A stretch of DNA of 32,000 nucleotides from Candidatus Saccharimonadota bacterium (GTDB lineage Bacteria; Pseudomonadota; Alphaproteobacteria; Rickettsiales; Anaplasmataceae): positions 510,001-542,000 of the forward strand of contig NZ_CP046580.1 in assembly GCF_013365495.1 (NCBI RefSeq), written 5' to 3'. How positions within the stretch are numbered: position 1 is the stretch's first letter; every line of letters begins with the position of its first letter. Below, one piece after another: positions 1 through 9,960 of the stretch. The notes beneath the pieces were generated by a model, which was not told the origin of the DNA, made no database searches, and saw only the letters and a program-made list of their open reading frames with translations. The translations under genes and the position numbers were made by a program.

Positions 1-1133
1 GTATCAGTGAAATTGAATCTATTGTAAAGCATGATTTTGTGGCTTTCCTAACATATATTGCTGAAAAAATAGGAGTTGACATGCGTTATCTACATTATGG
101 TATAACAAGCTCTGATATACTTGATACATGTCTTGCAGTGCAGATGAAAGAATCATGTGATATTTTGCTTGAAGATTTACAAAATTTGCTTGTAGCATTA
201 AAAAAAAAAGCTAAGAACTATAAAAATATTGTGTGTGTTGGACGCAGTCATGGAATACATGCAGAACCGACAACATTTGGATTAAAGTTTGCTAGGTTTT
301 ATGCAGAATTTAAACGTAGCTACCAAAGGCTCATAAGTGCGAGAAAAGAAATTTCAGTTTGTAAAATATCAGGTGCAGTAGGAAATTTTGCAAATGTTAA
401 TCCATTTGTTGAAGAATATGTAGCAAAAAAAATGGGACTTACACCTGAAACTATATCGTCTCAAGTAATTCCTCGCGATAGACATGCTATGTTCTTTTTA
501 GTTTTAGGAGTGATTGCAAGCTCAATTGAAAATGTTGCTGTTGAAGTCCGTCATTTACAAAGAACTGAAATTGAAGAAGTTTTTGAATATTTTTCCACTG
601 GACAAAAGGGAAGTTCTGCTATGCCACATAAGTGTAATCCTATTTTAAGTGAAAATTTAACTGGACTCTCACGCTTAATACGTAGTTATATATTTCCTGC
701 CTTAGAAAATGTCGTGTTATGGCATGAACGAGATATATCGCATTCGTCTGTGGAAAGATGTATTGTTCCTGACGCTTGCATAGTGATGGATTTTGCCTTA
801 GTAAGATTAACAGATTTAGTAGATAAATTGATAATTGATAAGAAAAATATTAAAAAAAACTTAAATTCTTCAAAAGGCTTAATTTTTTCACAACGTGTGT
901 TGCTTGAATTAGTACACAATGGTTTAACCAGGGAAGAAGCATACAAAATAGTTCAAACTAACGCGATGAAAGTTAAACGAGAAAATAACAATGATTTTTT
1001 ATCTGAATTAAAACAAGATAAGTACTTACTTGAAGTTATTGACCCTAAAAAGCTTGAGTCTTTATTTGATTTGAAGTATTATACAAAATATATAGATCAT
1101 ACATATAATAAAGTTTTTAATCAGGCTGAGTAG
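1..1133 (+). CDS. purB: Adenylosuccinate lyase, 5'-truncated by the window edge (about 376 C-terminal codons)
   Basis: Frame 3 is open from nt 3; ISEIESIVKHDF precedes the track's GTG at 39, so the gene starts upstream of the window. Fumarate-lyase superfamily signature GSSAMPHKCNP and SHGIHAEPTTFGLKF are present. First in-frame stop is TAG at 1131-1133. Confidence 0.93.
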   Translation, partial: ISEIESIVKHDFVAFLTYIAEKIGVDMRYLHYGITSSDILDTCLAVQMKESCDILLEDLQNLLVALKKKAKNYKNIVCVGRSHGIHAEPTTFGLKFARFYAEFKRSYQRLISARKEISVCKISGAVGNFANVNPFVEEYVAKKMGLTPETISSQVIPRDRHAMFFLVLGVIASSIENVAVEVRHLQRTEIEEVFEYFSTGQKGSSAMPHKCNPILSENLTGLSRLIRSYIFPALENVVLWHERDISHSSVERCIVPDACIVMDFALVRLTDLVDKLIIDKKNIKKNLNSSKGLIFSQRVLLELVHNGLTREEAYKIVQTNAMKVKRENNNDFLSELKQDKYLLEVIDPKKLESLFDLKYYTKYIDHTYNKVFNQAE

Positions 1134-1197
1134 CTCAGTGGGGTAGAGCAGGAGGATCATAATCTCTTGGCCGTGGGTTCAAATCCCTCCTCAGCCA
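1124..1197 (+). tRNA. tRNA with anticodon CAT (elongator tRNA-Met, or lysidine-type tRNA-Ile2)
   Basis: 74-nt cloverleaf folded by hand. Acceptor GGCTGAG/CTCAGCC (7 bp); D-arm GCTC-AGTGGGGTA-GAGC; anticodon stem GGAGG/TCTCT (two G.U pairs); loop ATCATAA gives anticodon CAT; T-arm GTGGG-TTCAAAT-CCCTC (one U.U); discriminator A; CCA not encoded. G1-C72 is paired and the anticodon stem lacks the GGG/CCC run, so it is not an initiator. Met versus Ile2 cannot be resolved by eye. Confidence 0.85.
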
Positions 1198-2235
1198 GCC
1201 TCACTATAGTTTTATAGATAAATTATTGATAACTTACTTTTATCTATATATATAACGCTAATTCTATGAATTAGTAATAAAAAAATATTTTTTAAAATTA
1301 ATACATTATTTAACTAATTAATAATCACACTAAAAATCAATCCTAATTTAAAACGATAGAAAATTTATGATAATTTTCTTTTAAAAGAAAAGTTCTCTAA
1401 ATTTTTATCAATACAGTTAGCTAAATCAAAGTAGTTAAATAATTTTCTATTAATTAAATAAAAACACAATTTAATGCTATAAACAAGATGAATATTATCT
1501 ATAAAATATTTTTTTTAATTTTCCAATAATATGTGCAGTTTTAATCAAAATCATCATCGGTAAAACTATACAAAAATAGTCATCCGGATTTATGTACTGA
1601 GTACATATCTAAACTTATTTAGATATAAAGAGCTCAGTAGGTAATTTAGTTAGTACAAATTATATAAAGAAAGTTTCACATGAACTTCTATCTTTTTACT
1701 TTTAAGAGTATCATTAAAAATAATATATTTCAATATCGATAAAATTGCTCCTAAAATTAGAGCCTAGCTATAAAGGTAGTAAAAGGCTATACTTACTTTT
1801 AAATAACATTTTATTTAAAGAATTACCTATAAGTTCTTTTAATGTACTCCAATTCTTCAAATTATGCAGCTCATTATTTTTTAAATTTATTAACTAAATT
1901 TCAATATTACAAAATCAATTTAGTACTTCCAATACACTCAAAAAGAACTAACAAATAGTTGTAAAAGCTTGCTACATATTCAATATACATGTACTTTTAG
2001 TAAAATAAAAATATAATTTTTAGTATAATATACATAAACACTTAAAAAAAGAATTTCAGAGTAAGCTTTTCAATAAAGCTCCTGTAATTTGATTAACCAT
2101 AATACCTAAAAATTTGTTAAGTATAAAATTTTATAAAAACTTTGTTAGTATCATTCAATTACATATATAAATAAAAACTAATGAACTTATTGAATAATTT
2201 AATTTTAGATTTTTCAAAAAAACTTCTACAGAAAA

Positions 2236-2436
2236 TTATTTTAATTTTTCTTCTCTAAATAAAACATGTTTTCTAGCCACTGGATCGTATTTTTTGAACT
2301 CTAATTTTCTATTAAGCTTTTTTGGATTACGCTTTTTTACATAAAAATAACCTGTAGGTTTTTCTTCACCGGCACTTGTTTTCTTGGTTGCACTGCTAAC
2401 TAGTTTAATAAGCAAAGAATGATTCTTTTTTGCCAT
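2236..2436 (-). CDS. rpmG: 50S ribosomal protein L33
   Basis: 66 aa. Shows the L33 pattern: MAKK...IKLVSSA...[12 protein letters not shown]...[23 protein letters not shown]. No Cys pairs, so the zinc-independent type. Confidence 0.9.
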   Translation of the reverse strand: MAKKNHSLLIKLVSSATKKTSAGEEKPTGYFYVKKRNPKKLNRKLEFKKYDPVARKHVLFREEKLK

Positions 2437-2536
2437 AATTATTATAGTAGTATAATCTATTTAATGAATTTACTATATGAAATACTAAAAGTCAACTCTG
2501 TTTCATACCTCTTAAGCACTGCAGATCGTAAAATTC

Positions 2537-2566
2537 TTGACAATCTCATAGTAACATTAATAATAT
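2537..2566 (+). promoter_or_regulatory. Candidate sigma70-type promoter for rne (TTGACA-18-TAATAT)
   Basis: Perfect -35 TTGACA at 2537-2542, an 18-nt spacer, then TAATAT at 2561-2566, about 27 nt upstream of the GTG at 2593. -10-like hexamers are abundant in AT-rich DNA, so the -35 carries most of the weight. Confidence 0.35.
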
Positions 2567-2592
2567 AATTAAATTCAGAACATGAAAAATAA

Positions 2593-4362
2593 GTGGCAAA
2601 TAGTAGTAAAAGGTTGCTATTAATAGAAAATTCCATCTGCTCTGATGAAGTTAGGATTGCTTTGTCAGTCAATAATAAGGTCGTAGAATTTGAACAAGAA
2701 TTCAAGGAGAAAAAACAGTTGAGAGGTAATATATATGTTGCTTATGTAAAGCGTATAAAGCCATCCCTACAAGCTGTGTTTATTGAATATGGAAAAAATA
2801 AACAAGGTTTTTTATCTTTTTCTGAAATATCTCCAGATTATTTTAATATCTCAGAAAAAGAAAAAGAGGATTTTTTCGAAAATTATTTAAGTAATGATTA
2901 TACAGAAATAAATTGTAGTACATCAACAAATGTTTCTTCAGATCCTATGACTAATAAAAGTATTAATGAATTTAATGGTGGTTTTATAAAAGAAGTATCT
3001 TTATATAAAAGATATAAATTACAAGATGTTATTGCAATCAATCAAAAAATGTTAGTTCAATTAACTAAAGAAGAACGAGGTAGCAAGGGTGCTTCATTTA
3101 CAACTTACATCACTTTGGTTGGCAGGTACTGTATTTTTCTACCTAATTCTATGAATAAGGGAGTATCTCGTAAAATTGAAGATGTCAGTATCAGAAAGCA
3201 ATTAAGGGATGTACTCAATTCAATAAACCTTCCAAAAAAATCAGGTTTAATAATAAGGACCATTGGTTCAGGAAAAAGTAAAAAAGAAATTGAGCAAGAT
3301 TATAATTATTTATTTTCATTATGGCAAAATATTCAAAAAAATGCTTCTTCTATAAATGTTCCATCATTAATTTACAATGAAGCAGACTTAATTATGAGAT
3401 CTATTCGTGATTTTTGTAGCAATGATGTAGAAATTATAGTATCCGGAAAGGAAGCTTTTAAAGCAGTAAAACAATATGCTGAAAATGCACTAAAAGGTAG
3501 TAAATTACGTTATAGATTGTATAGAGGTTTTATTCCGATATTTACTTACTATGGGATTGAAGATCAAGTTTCTGAATTGTATAATAATAGAGTAAAATTA
3601 CCATCTGGTGGATCTTTAATAATAACTTTGACTGAAGCATTTGTTTCAATAGACGTAAACTCTGGAAAAATGATGGAAGAAGACAGTATAGAAGAAACAG
3701 CTTATAGAACTAATATGGAAGCAGTACCTGAAATATCAAGGCAGGTAAATTTAAGAGGATTGTCAGGATTAATAGTAGTCGATTTTATTGGCATGTTAAA
3801 ATATCAGTATTGTAGAGCTGTTGAGTTTGCTGTTAGACAAGCATTCAAAGATGATAAAGCGAGAGTGCATTTTAGTTATATAAATGATTTTGGTTTAATG
3901 GTCTTTTCAAGACAAAGAATCAAGCCAAGTATACAGGAAATTAATACTACAGAATGCTTACACTGCAAGGGAATTGGCAAAATAAAATCAAATGAAGTAA
4001 TTGTTGCATCGATATTAAGAGAGTTACAATATGTTGCTAGTAAAAATCGAAATGGCTCATTTGATTTAATAGCTCATGGTTCAATTATTGCGCACATTTT
4101 CAGTAATAAACGTGATACAGTTTCTACGATTGAAAAAGAATTCAATATTAAGTTGAACGTTAATGCTGATAATAATCTAAGTATAGATGCGTTTATTTTA
4201 AAACGGAGAAATAATATTAATCTAAATGATTGTAAGCCGCTACAAAATTCTGGTTATAAAGTTAGAAGTAATAGTAATGAAAAAATTAATGGCTCAAGTG
4301 AGTTGCAGAACAATTTTTGGCTAACTAGGTGGCTTTCACGTCTTTTGAGCTATAATAGCTAA
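2593..4362 (+). CDS. rne: Ribonuclease E/G family endoribonuclease (catalytic half only, 589 aa)
   Basis: S1 domain GNIYVAYVKRIKPSLQAVFIEYG...KEERGSKGA; catalytic core LTEAFVSIDVNSGK and GLIVVDFI; Zn-link CLHCKGIG. Colinear with the E. coli RNase E N-terminal half. Start is uncertain: GTG at 2593 or TTG at 2614. Confidence 0.92.
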   Translation: MANSSKRLLLIENSICSDEVRIALSVNNKVVEFEQEFKEKKQLRGNIYVAYVKRIKPSLQAVFIEYGKNKQGFLSFSEISPDYFNISEKEKEDFFENYLSNDYTEINCSTSTNVSSDPMTNKSINEFNGGFIKEVSLYKRYKLQDVIAINQKMLVQLTKEERGSKGASFTTYITLVGRYCIFLPNSMNKGVSRKIEDVSIRKQLRDVLNSINLPKKSGLIIRTIGSGKSKKEIEQDYNYLFSLWQNIQKNASSINVPSLIYNEADLIMRSIRDFCSNDVEIIVSGKEAFKAVKQYAENALKGSKLRYRLYRGFIPIFTYYGIEDQVSELYNNRVKLPSGGSLIITLTEAFVSIDVNSGKMMEEDSIEETAYRTNMEAVPEISRQVNLRGLSGLIVVDFIGMLKYQYCRAVEFAVRQAFKDDKARVHFSYINDFGLMVFSRQRIKPSIQEINTTECLHCKGIGKIKSNEVIVASILRELQYVASKNRNGSFDLIAHGSIIAHIFSNKRDTVSTIEKEFNIKLNVNADNNLSIDAFILKRRNNINLNDCKPLQNSGYKVRSNSNEKINGSSELQNNFWLTRWLSRLLSYNS

Positions 4363-4381
4363 TAGAAATCCTAAGTGGGAC

Positions 4382-4410
4382 TTGTAATTATTAAGTTCCA
4401 TACTTATATA
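4382..4410 (+). promoter_or_regulatory. Candidate promoter for dnaK (TTGTAA-17-TATATA); SD AGGGAG at 4435-4440
   Basis: TTGTAA at 4382-4387, a 17-nt spacer, then TATATA at 4405-4410, about 40 nt upstream of the ATG at 4449. Pattern match only. Confidence 0.22.
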
Positions 4411-4448
4411 TCCTACATCAGACAATATTTATAAAGGGAGTATTCGCT

Positions 4449-6368
4449 ATGGGAAGGGCAATCGGTATAGATCTTGGAACAACAAATTCTTGTGTTGCAG
4501 TAATGCAAGGTAAAGATACAAAAGTAATAGAGAATAAAGAAGGAGCAAGAACTACTCCATCTATAGTTGCATTTGCTTCATCAGGTGAAAGGCTAATTGG
4601 TGCTCCTGCAAAAAGACAGGCAACTACAAATGCAAGCAATACTTTTTTTGCTACTAAGAGGTTAATAGGTCGTCAATATAATGATCCTGAAATAAAAAAT
4701 CTAAATGTACCATATAAAGTATTTGCTGCAAGAAATGGTGATGCATGGGTTAAAACGGCTGGTAGTAAAGAATATTCTCCTAGTCAAATTGGTGCATTTA
4801 TATTGCAAAATATGAAAGAGGCAGCAGAGGCTTATCTTGGGGAAGAGATAAAAGATGCTGTAATAACAGTACCAGCATATTTCAATGACTCACAACGCCA
4901 AGCAACAAAAGATGCAGGAAAAATTGCTGGGTTAAATGTACTCAGGATAGTTAATGAGCCTACTGCTGCAGCGCTTGCTTATGGTCTTGATAAAAAACAT
5001 GGACATACAATAGTAGTATATGATCTTGGTGGTGGTACATTTGATGTTTCTATACTTGAAATAGGCGATGGGGTTTTTGAAGTAAAAGCGACAAATGGTG
5101 ATACCCATCTTGGTGGTGAAGATTTTGATGATGCAGTAGTGAATTATTTATTAAATGAATTTAGAAAAAATAATGGTATTAGCTTGAAAGATGATCCAAT
5201 GGCTATGCAAAGAATTAAAGAAGCTGCCGAAAAAGCAAAAATAGAGTTATCAAGTGCAATGGAAACAGAAATAAATTTACCATTCATTACAGCTGATGCA
5301 AGTGGTCCAAAGCACTTAAATATGAAGTTAACAAGAGCTAAGCTTGAAAGTTTAGTAAATGATTTAATCGAAAAGACTATGATTCCTTGTAAAAAAGCTC
5401 TTGAAGATGCGAGTATGTCTGCTAGCCAGATTGGTGAAGTAGTGCTTGTTGGTGGAATGACTCGTATGCCAAAAGTAATCGAAAAAGTCAAAGAGTTTTT
5501 TGGTAAAGATCCACATAGAGGAGTAAACCCTGATGAAGTTGTGGCAATTGGAGCCGCAATACAAGCAGGAATTGTTCAAGGTGATGTAAGGGATGTATTA
5601 TTACTTGACGTAACGCCACTCTCCCTTGGAATTGAGACCCTAGGAGGAGTATTTACTCCGCTTATTGAACGTAATACCACAATTCCTACTAAAAAATCTC
5701 AGGTATTTTCAACTGCAGAAGATAGTCAGGCTGCTGTCACTATTAAAGTATATCAAGGTGAGAGAAAACTAGCAGTTGATAATAAGTTGCTTGGCCAATT
5801 TAGTTTAGAAGGAATACCGCCTGCTCCCCGTGGAGTTCCTCAAATTGAAGTAACATTTGATATAGATGCAAATGGGATAGTTCACGTTTCTGCAAAAGAT
5901 AAGGCCACTAGGAAGGAGCAAAAAATACGTATTCAGTCTTCAGGTGGTTTGTCTGATGATGAAATAAATCGTATGGTAAGAGAAGCTGAAGAAAAGGCGC
6001 AAGAAGATGAAGAACGTAAAAAATTTATTGAAGTAAAAAACCAGGCAGATAGCTTAATTCATTCCACAGAAAAGTCTTTAAAAGAGTATGGTGATAAAAT
6101 TATACCAAAAGACAAAGCTGCTATTGAAAATGCAATTAATGAGTTAAAAGAAGCTAGTAAATCTGATACTATTGGTGATAGCAGTATAATACAGCAAAAA
6201 ATTACTAATCTCTCTCAATTATCTATGAAGCTTGGGGAGGTTATGTATAAAGAGTCTCAACAACAAAGTGAAGAAAAGCCTGTTAATTCATCCACACCAA
6301 ATAGTGAAGAAGGGAAAGTGGTGGACTCTGATTATCAAAATATAGATAATAAAGAAGAAAATAAATAA
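4449..6368 (+). CDS. dnaK: Molecular chaperone DnaK (Hsp70)
   Basis: 639 aa with [17 protein letters not shown] and [10 protein letters not shown]. Preceded by SD AGGGAG with 8-nt spacing. Confidence 0.98.
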   Translation: MGRAIGIDLGTTNSCVAVMQGKDTKVIENKEGARTTPSIVAFASSGERLIGAPAKRQATTNASNTFFATKRLIGRQYNDPEIKNLNVPYKVFAARNGDAWVKTAGSKEYSPSQIGAFILQNMKEAAEAYLGEEIKDAVITVPAYFNDSQRQATKDAGKIAGLNVLRIVNEPTAAALAYGLDKKHGHTIVVYDLGGGTFDVSILEIGDGVFEVKATNGDTHLGGEDFDDAVVNYLLNEFRKNNGISLKDDPMAMQRIKEAAEKAKIELSSAMETEINLPFITADASGPKHLNMKLTRAKLESLVNDLIEKTMIPCKKALEDASMSASQIGEVVLVGGMTRMPKVIEKVKEFFGKDPHRGVNPDEVVAIGAAIQAGIVQGDVRDVLLLDVTPLSLGIETLGGVFTPLIERNTTIPTKKSQVFSTAEDSQAAVTIKVYQGERKLAVDNKLLGQFSLEGIPPAPRGVPQIEVTFDIDANGIVHVSAKDKATRKEQKIRIQSSGGLSDDEINRMVREAEEKAQEDEERKKFIEVKNQADSLIHSTEKSLKEYGDKIIPKDKAAIENAINELKEASKSDTIGDSSIIQQKITNLSQLSMKLGEVMYKESQQQSEEKPVNSSTPNSEEGKVVDSDYQNIDNKEENK

Positions 6369-6753
6369 TGTAGGTTAAAAAAACTTTATATTTAATTTTA
6401 CAGAATCAGTGCTTTTAGAACATTCTCTTAGGTTATTCAAAATTTTCTATTTTTTATTTGGTTATAATTCGCTTTATCTTTAAAAGCTTATTTAAATAAA
6501 AAAGAAACAAAAATACCTACTATTATCTATTTTTGATATTGTATATGCTATTATCTTCAGTACTTTAATAAAGTTAATTTGTAAAGTTGTTGGGTAGTAT
6601 TTTATTTCTACATAAATTTATAGTATTATTTTACAGCATAATAATTTTAAATTATGGATTAAAAAATTAGGATAAAATATAAAAATATGAGTTTTATTTT
6701 GACTTTTTGTATTAATCTTATAGATTATTAAAATTGTTATTTAAACCAAATAT

Positions 6754-8175
6754 ATGAAAGAAAATTGGGAAGCAGTAATTGGGCTTGAGGTGCATGCTCA
6801 AGTTTCTTCTAAGACAAAGCTATTTTCTAGCTCATTAGCCGAGTTTGGTGCTGAGCATAATACTCAAGTTTCTCTGGTTGATGCAGCAATGCCAGGTACA
6901 CTACCAACACTGAATTACTATCCTATAGAACAGGTAATACGTACAGGTCTTGCACTTTCTGCGGAAATTAATAAATGTTCTTACTTTGATCGAAAGAATT
7001 ATTTTTATCCTGATTTACCACAAGGTTACCAAATAACTCAGTTTTTCGAACCAATAGTCAAGAATGGTAAAGTATTTATAGGTAGTAATGAAAAAAGAAT
7101 AAGAATTACAAGAATTCATTTAGAGCAAGATGCAGGGAAAAGCATTCATAAAAAAAGTAAAACTTACGTAGATTTAAATCGTGCAGGAGTAGCTCTAATG
7201 GAAATTGTTTCAGAACCAGATCTTAGATCATCAATAGAAGCTGCAGAATTTATGAAAAAATTGAGGCAGATTTTGCGTTATATTGGCTCATGTGATGGTA
7301 ACATGGAAAAGGGATCACTTCGTTGTGATGCAAATGTCTCTGTACGCAAAAAAGGTAGTAATACATTTGGTACTCGCTGTGAAATCAAAAATCTAAACTC
7401 AATACGCTATATCATTCAAGCTATAGACTATGAAATACAAAGGCAAATTAAAATTTTAGAGAATGGAGGGAAAATAAGTCAAAATACCTTATTATTCGAT
7501 GTTGATCTGGGAAAAACAAAAGTGATACGAAATAAAGAGAATGCAAGCGACTACAGATATTTTCCTGAACCTGATCTACTGCCCATTGAAATAAGTCAAG
7601 ATAAAATTAACTTTATTAAATCATCTCTACCGGAATTACCAGATCAAAAAAAACTACGATATATTAAGGAATTGGGCATTAATGAATACGATGCGGATAT
7701 CATTATTTCTGATAAAGCAATCGCTGACTATTTTGAAGAATTGGTAAAAAAGCATGATTCAAAGCTTGCAGTTACTTGGTTAACTGTAGAACTTTTTGGT
7801 CGTCTTAATAAAGCAGGTATTGATATTACAGATTCTCCAATCAAAGCAAGTGCTTTATCAAAACTTTTAGATTTTATTGTAGATGGAACAACATCTGCTA
7901 AACTTGGTAAGCAAATTTTTGATATTATGTTTGAAACTGGTAAACCTGCATCTCTCATTATAAAAGAGCAGGACCTAAGGCAGATAGCTGATAAGAATCA
8001 AATATCAAAAATTATTAATAAAATTATTAATGACAACCAAGATAAAGTTCAAGAATACAAAAATGGTAAAACAAAGTTGTATAGTTTTTTTGTTGGTGAA
8101 GTTATGAAACATACTAAAGGAAAAGCTAATCCTAATATTGTAAATTCTGTTTTGAGTGAAAGTTTAAGTAACTAA
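6754..8175 (+). CDS. gatB: Aspartyl/glutamyl-tRNA(Asn/Gln) amidotransferase subunit B
   Basis: 473 aa with [24 protein letters not shown] and YFPEPDLLP, plus a C-terminal YqeY-like tail. Confidence 0.96.
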   Translation: MKENWEAVIGLEVHAQVSSKTKLFSSSLAEFGAEHNTQVSLVDAAMPGTLPTLNYYPIEQVIRTGLALSAEINKCSYFDRKNYFYPDLPQGYQITQFFEPIVKNGKVFIGSNEKRIRITRIHLEQDAGKSIHKKSKTYVDLNRAGVALMEIVSEPDLRSSIEAAEFMKKLRQILRYIGSCDGNMEKGSLRCDANVSVRKKGSNTFGTRCEIKNLNSIRYIIQAIDYEIQRQIKILENGGKISQNTLLFDVDLGKTKVIRNKENASDYRYFPEPDLLPIEISQDKINFIKSSLPELPDQKKLRYIKELGINEYDADIIISDKAIADYFEELVKKHDSKLAVTWLTVELFGRLNKAGIDITDSPIKASALSKLLDFIVDGTTSAKLGKQIFDIMFETGKPASLIIKEQDLRQIADKNQISKIINKIINDNQDKVQEYKNGKTKLYSFFVGEVMKHTKGKANPNIVNSVLSESLSN

Positions 8176-9306
8176 CCTTCATATTAAAAGTATATTTTGT
8201 AGTATTTTAAGGGTTATGTTTTATATATTAAGTATATAGGTTTATCACTTTTTTGCATTTATTTTACCTTCAAGAATTAGTTACCTCTCTATATTTTATT
8301 GTTAGGTAAAAGTGTCTTTTTTTTTACTAACATAAAGAATTTTGCCAGTTGCAGTTTTATTCTACTCTTTGAGAGTATAAGAAATAAATTAAACAGGGGG
8401 GGTAGATAAAGAAAATAATGTATGGTTTTTATAAACTAAATATTCTTAAATAGAAATACAAAAGTTTGCATAGGTAGCTTTTTATAAAGAGTTATAAGTT
8501 TAATTTAGCAAAATGTTCTATTGTTAAGTTAAAGTAAGAGCAGTAAGAAAATTAATGCAATATTCATAAAAGAAAGGTAAGAAGGAAATTTTTTTGATAG
8601 GACACAAGATAAGTTTTGAATAAAATGATATTCAAAATATGGAACAATATTTAAAATACAGTTAACTAATAATAAAGCAAAAGATAAATTTATAACATGA
8701 ATTTTTATCAAGAAGAAAGAGCAAGTATTATATAGACAAGAAAATTACCAATAGACGAATAAAAATTTAAGGCTTTGATGTGACTATTGTTTGAGATTAT
8801 TATAATATATGTTGAATAGAGTACTTATTAAAAGCAAAATAAGATTAAAGAATATAGATTTTAAAAAAATTAACTATTTTAGTAAATAAAATTATTTTTT
8901 ATAATTCAAAAAAGATTAATTTAGTAAGAAAATAAAAAAATTATTTTCGTATAAAGGTAAAAAAAATTTGATGTAAAAAAGGTTATACATATTTGTATAA
9001 GGATAATAAAACTCTGAGAGAAGAAATAAGTACACAGATAGAGGTTCTTGTTGACTTTAGGGGAATTGATTAATCTATATTTCAAATTTTTTCTAGATAG
9101 TGAAGGAGCAATAGAAGGAGAAAATATGTAGAGCTAATGAATTTAGTGAAGTATAATGGACATTAACGTAAAATAGTAAAAGTAAAATAATATTTATTAT
9201 ATTGATAGATGCAATTATTAAAAATTTATCAAATTTATTTTCTAGCTTTTAATGGTTTTTATGTCTTCTATAAGTGTTCATGTAGCTTGGTGATGGATGA
9301 TTTTAC

Positions 9307-9334
9307 TTGACAATATATATAACTTCTTTACCAT
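9307..9334 (+). promoter_or_regulatory. Candidate sigma70-type promoter for rplU-rpmA (TTGACA-16-TACCAT)
   Basis: Perfect -35 TTGACA at 9307-9312, a 16-nt spacer, then TACCAT at 9329-9334, 27 nt upstream of the ATG at 9361. The track ORF start at 9307 is simply the TTG of this hexamer. Confidence 0.35.
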
Positions 9335-9360
9335 ACTTATTAATAGTAAAAATATATATC

Positions 9361-9672
9361 ATGTTTGCAGTTATTGAAACAGGTGGGAAGCAGTATTTAG
9401 TAAAAAAAGGTAGTGTAATAAAAGTAGAAAAATTAAAAGCTGAGAAAGGAAAAGAAGTAGAAATCAATAAAGTGATTTGCCTTTCATCGAATAATGATTT
9501 GTTTCACTTGCCTAGTGTTACTGTTAAAGCAAAAGTCCTTGAACAATGCAGAGGAAAAAAACTTCTCATTTTTAAAAAAAAAAGAAGGAAAAATTATCGT
9601 AGAAAAACTGGTCATAGACAATATATTACTGTTCTTTATATTAATGAAATCAACTTTAAAAATGGGAAATAG
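9361..9672 (+). CDS. rplU: 50S ribosomal protein L21
   Basis: The canonical L21 N-terminus [14 protein letters not shown] begins at the ATG at 9361. The 18 upstream codons of the track ORF (TTG start) have no homology-like content. Confidence 0.93.
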   Translation: MFAVIETGGKQYLVKKGSVIKVEKLKAEKGKEVEINKVICLSSNNDLFHLPSVTVKAKVLEQCRGKKLLIFKKKRRKNYRRKTGHRQYITVLYINEINFKNGK

Positions 9673-9677
9673 AATAT

Positions 9678-9926
9678 ATGGCAACTAAAAAATCAGGTGG
9701 TAGTTCCTGTAATGGTAGAGATTCTGCAGGTCGTAGGTTGGGAGTAAAAAAAAATGGAAAAGTTATTCCTGGTAACATAATTATTCGTCAAAGGGGAACA
9801 AAATTTTTTCCTGGAAAAAATGTCGGCATGGGTAAAGATCATACAATTTTTGCCAAGGTAAAAGGTTGGGTTAAGTTCAGAAAGTCGATGAATAAAAAGA
9901 TTTTTATTGATATTTTACCTACATAG
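9678..9926 (+). CDS. rpmA: 50S ribosomal protein L27
   Basis: 82 aa: [24 protein letters not shown]...[23 protein letters not shown]. Lies 5 nt after rplU. Confidence 0.95.
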   Translation: MATKKSGGSSCNGRDSAGRRLGVKKNGKVIPGNIIIRQRGTKFFPGKNVGMGKDHTIFAKVKGWVKFRKSMNKKIFIDILPT

Positions 9927-9960
9927 TACGAAATTTCAGTTTAAATAGATAGATAGGTAA

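Noticed and set aside
686-946. Antisense 86-aa ORF inside purB. Analogous shadow ORFs lie inside other strong CDSs: 4418-4639, 5144-5491, 5364-5579, 7728-7958, 9484-9684, 9494-9688, 14321-14527, 18838-19065, 22156-22347, 22462-22728, 23557-23790, 25821-26015, 26169-26447, 27292-27486, 27598-27783, 28106-28300, 30648-30851.
   Set aside because: Each lies entirely or largely within a well-supported gene, on the opposite strand or in another frame. Their low-complexity sequence has no recognisable motifs. These are typical shadow ORFs.
2457-2705. 82-aa ORF on the - strand spanning the rpmG/rne divergent region and the rne 5' end.
   Set aside because: It overlaps the conserved N-terminus of rne in antisense and has no motif content. 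The region is better explained as divergent promoters.
4381-4403. Possible sigma32 heat-shock promoter upstream of dnaK (CTTGTAA ... CCATAC).
   Set aside because: The spacer between the two elements (about 9-11 nt) is too short for the CTTGAA-N13-17-CCCCAT consensus, and the -10 match is poor. No CIRCE element was seen either.
8529-8711. 60-aa hydrophobic ORF (TTG start) in the gatB-rplU spacer.
   Set aside because: It has a non-ATG start, no RBS, and a composition (F/I/L/N/K) expected from translating AT-rich DNA. It sits at the length threshold expected by chance.
9307-9360. 18-codon N-terminal extension of rplU in the ORF track.
   Set aside because: The canonical L21 N-terminus [12 protein letters not shown] starts at the ATG at 9361. 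The upstream TTG is better read as part of a TTGACA -35 box.
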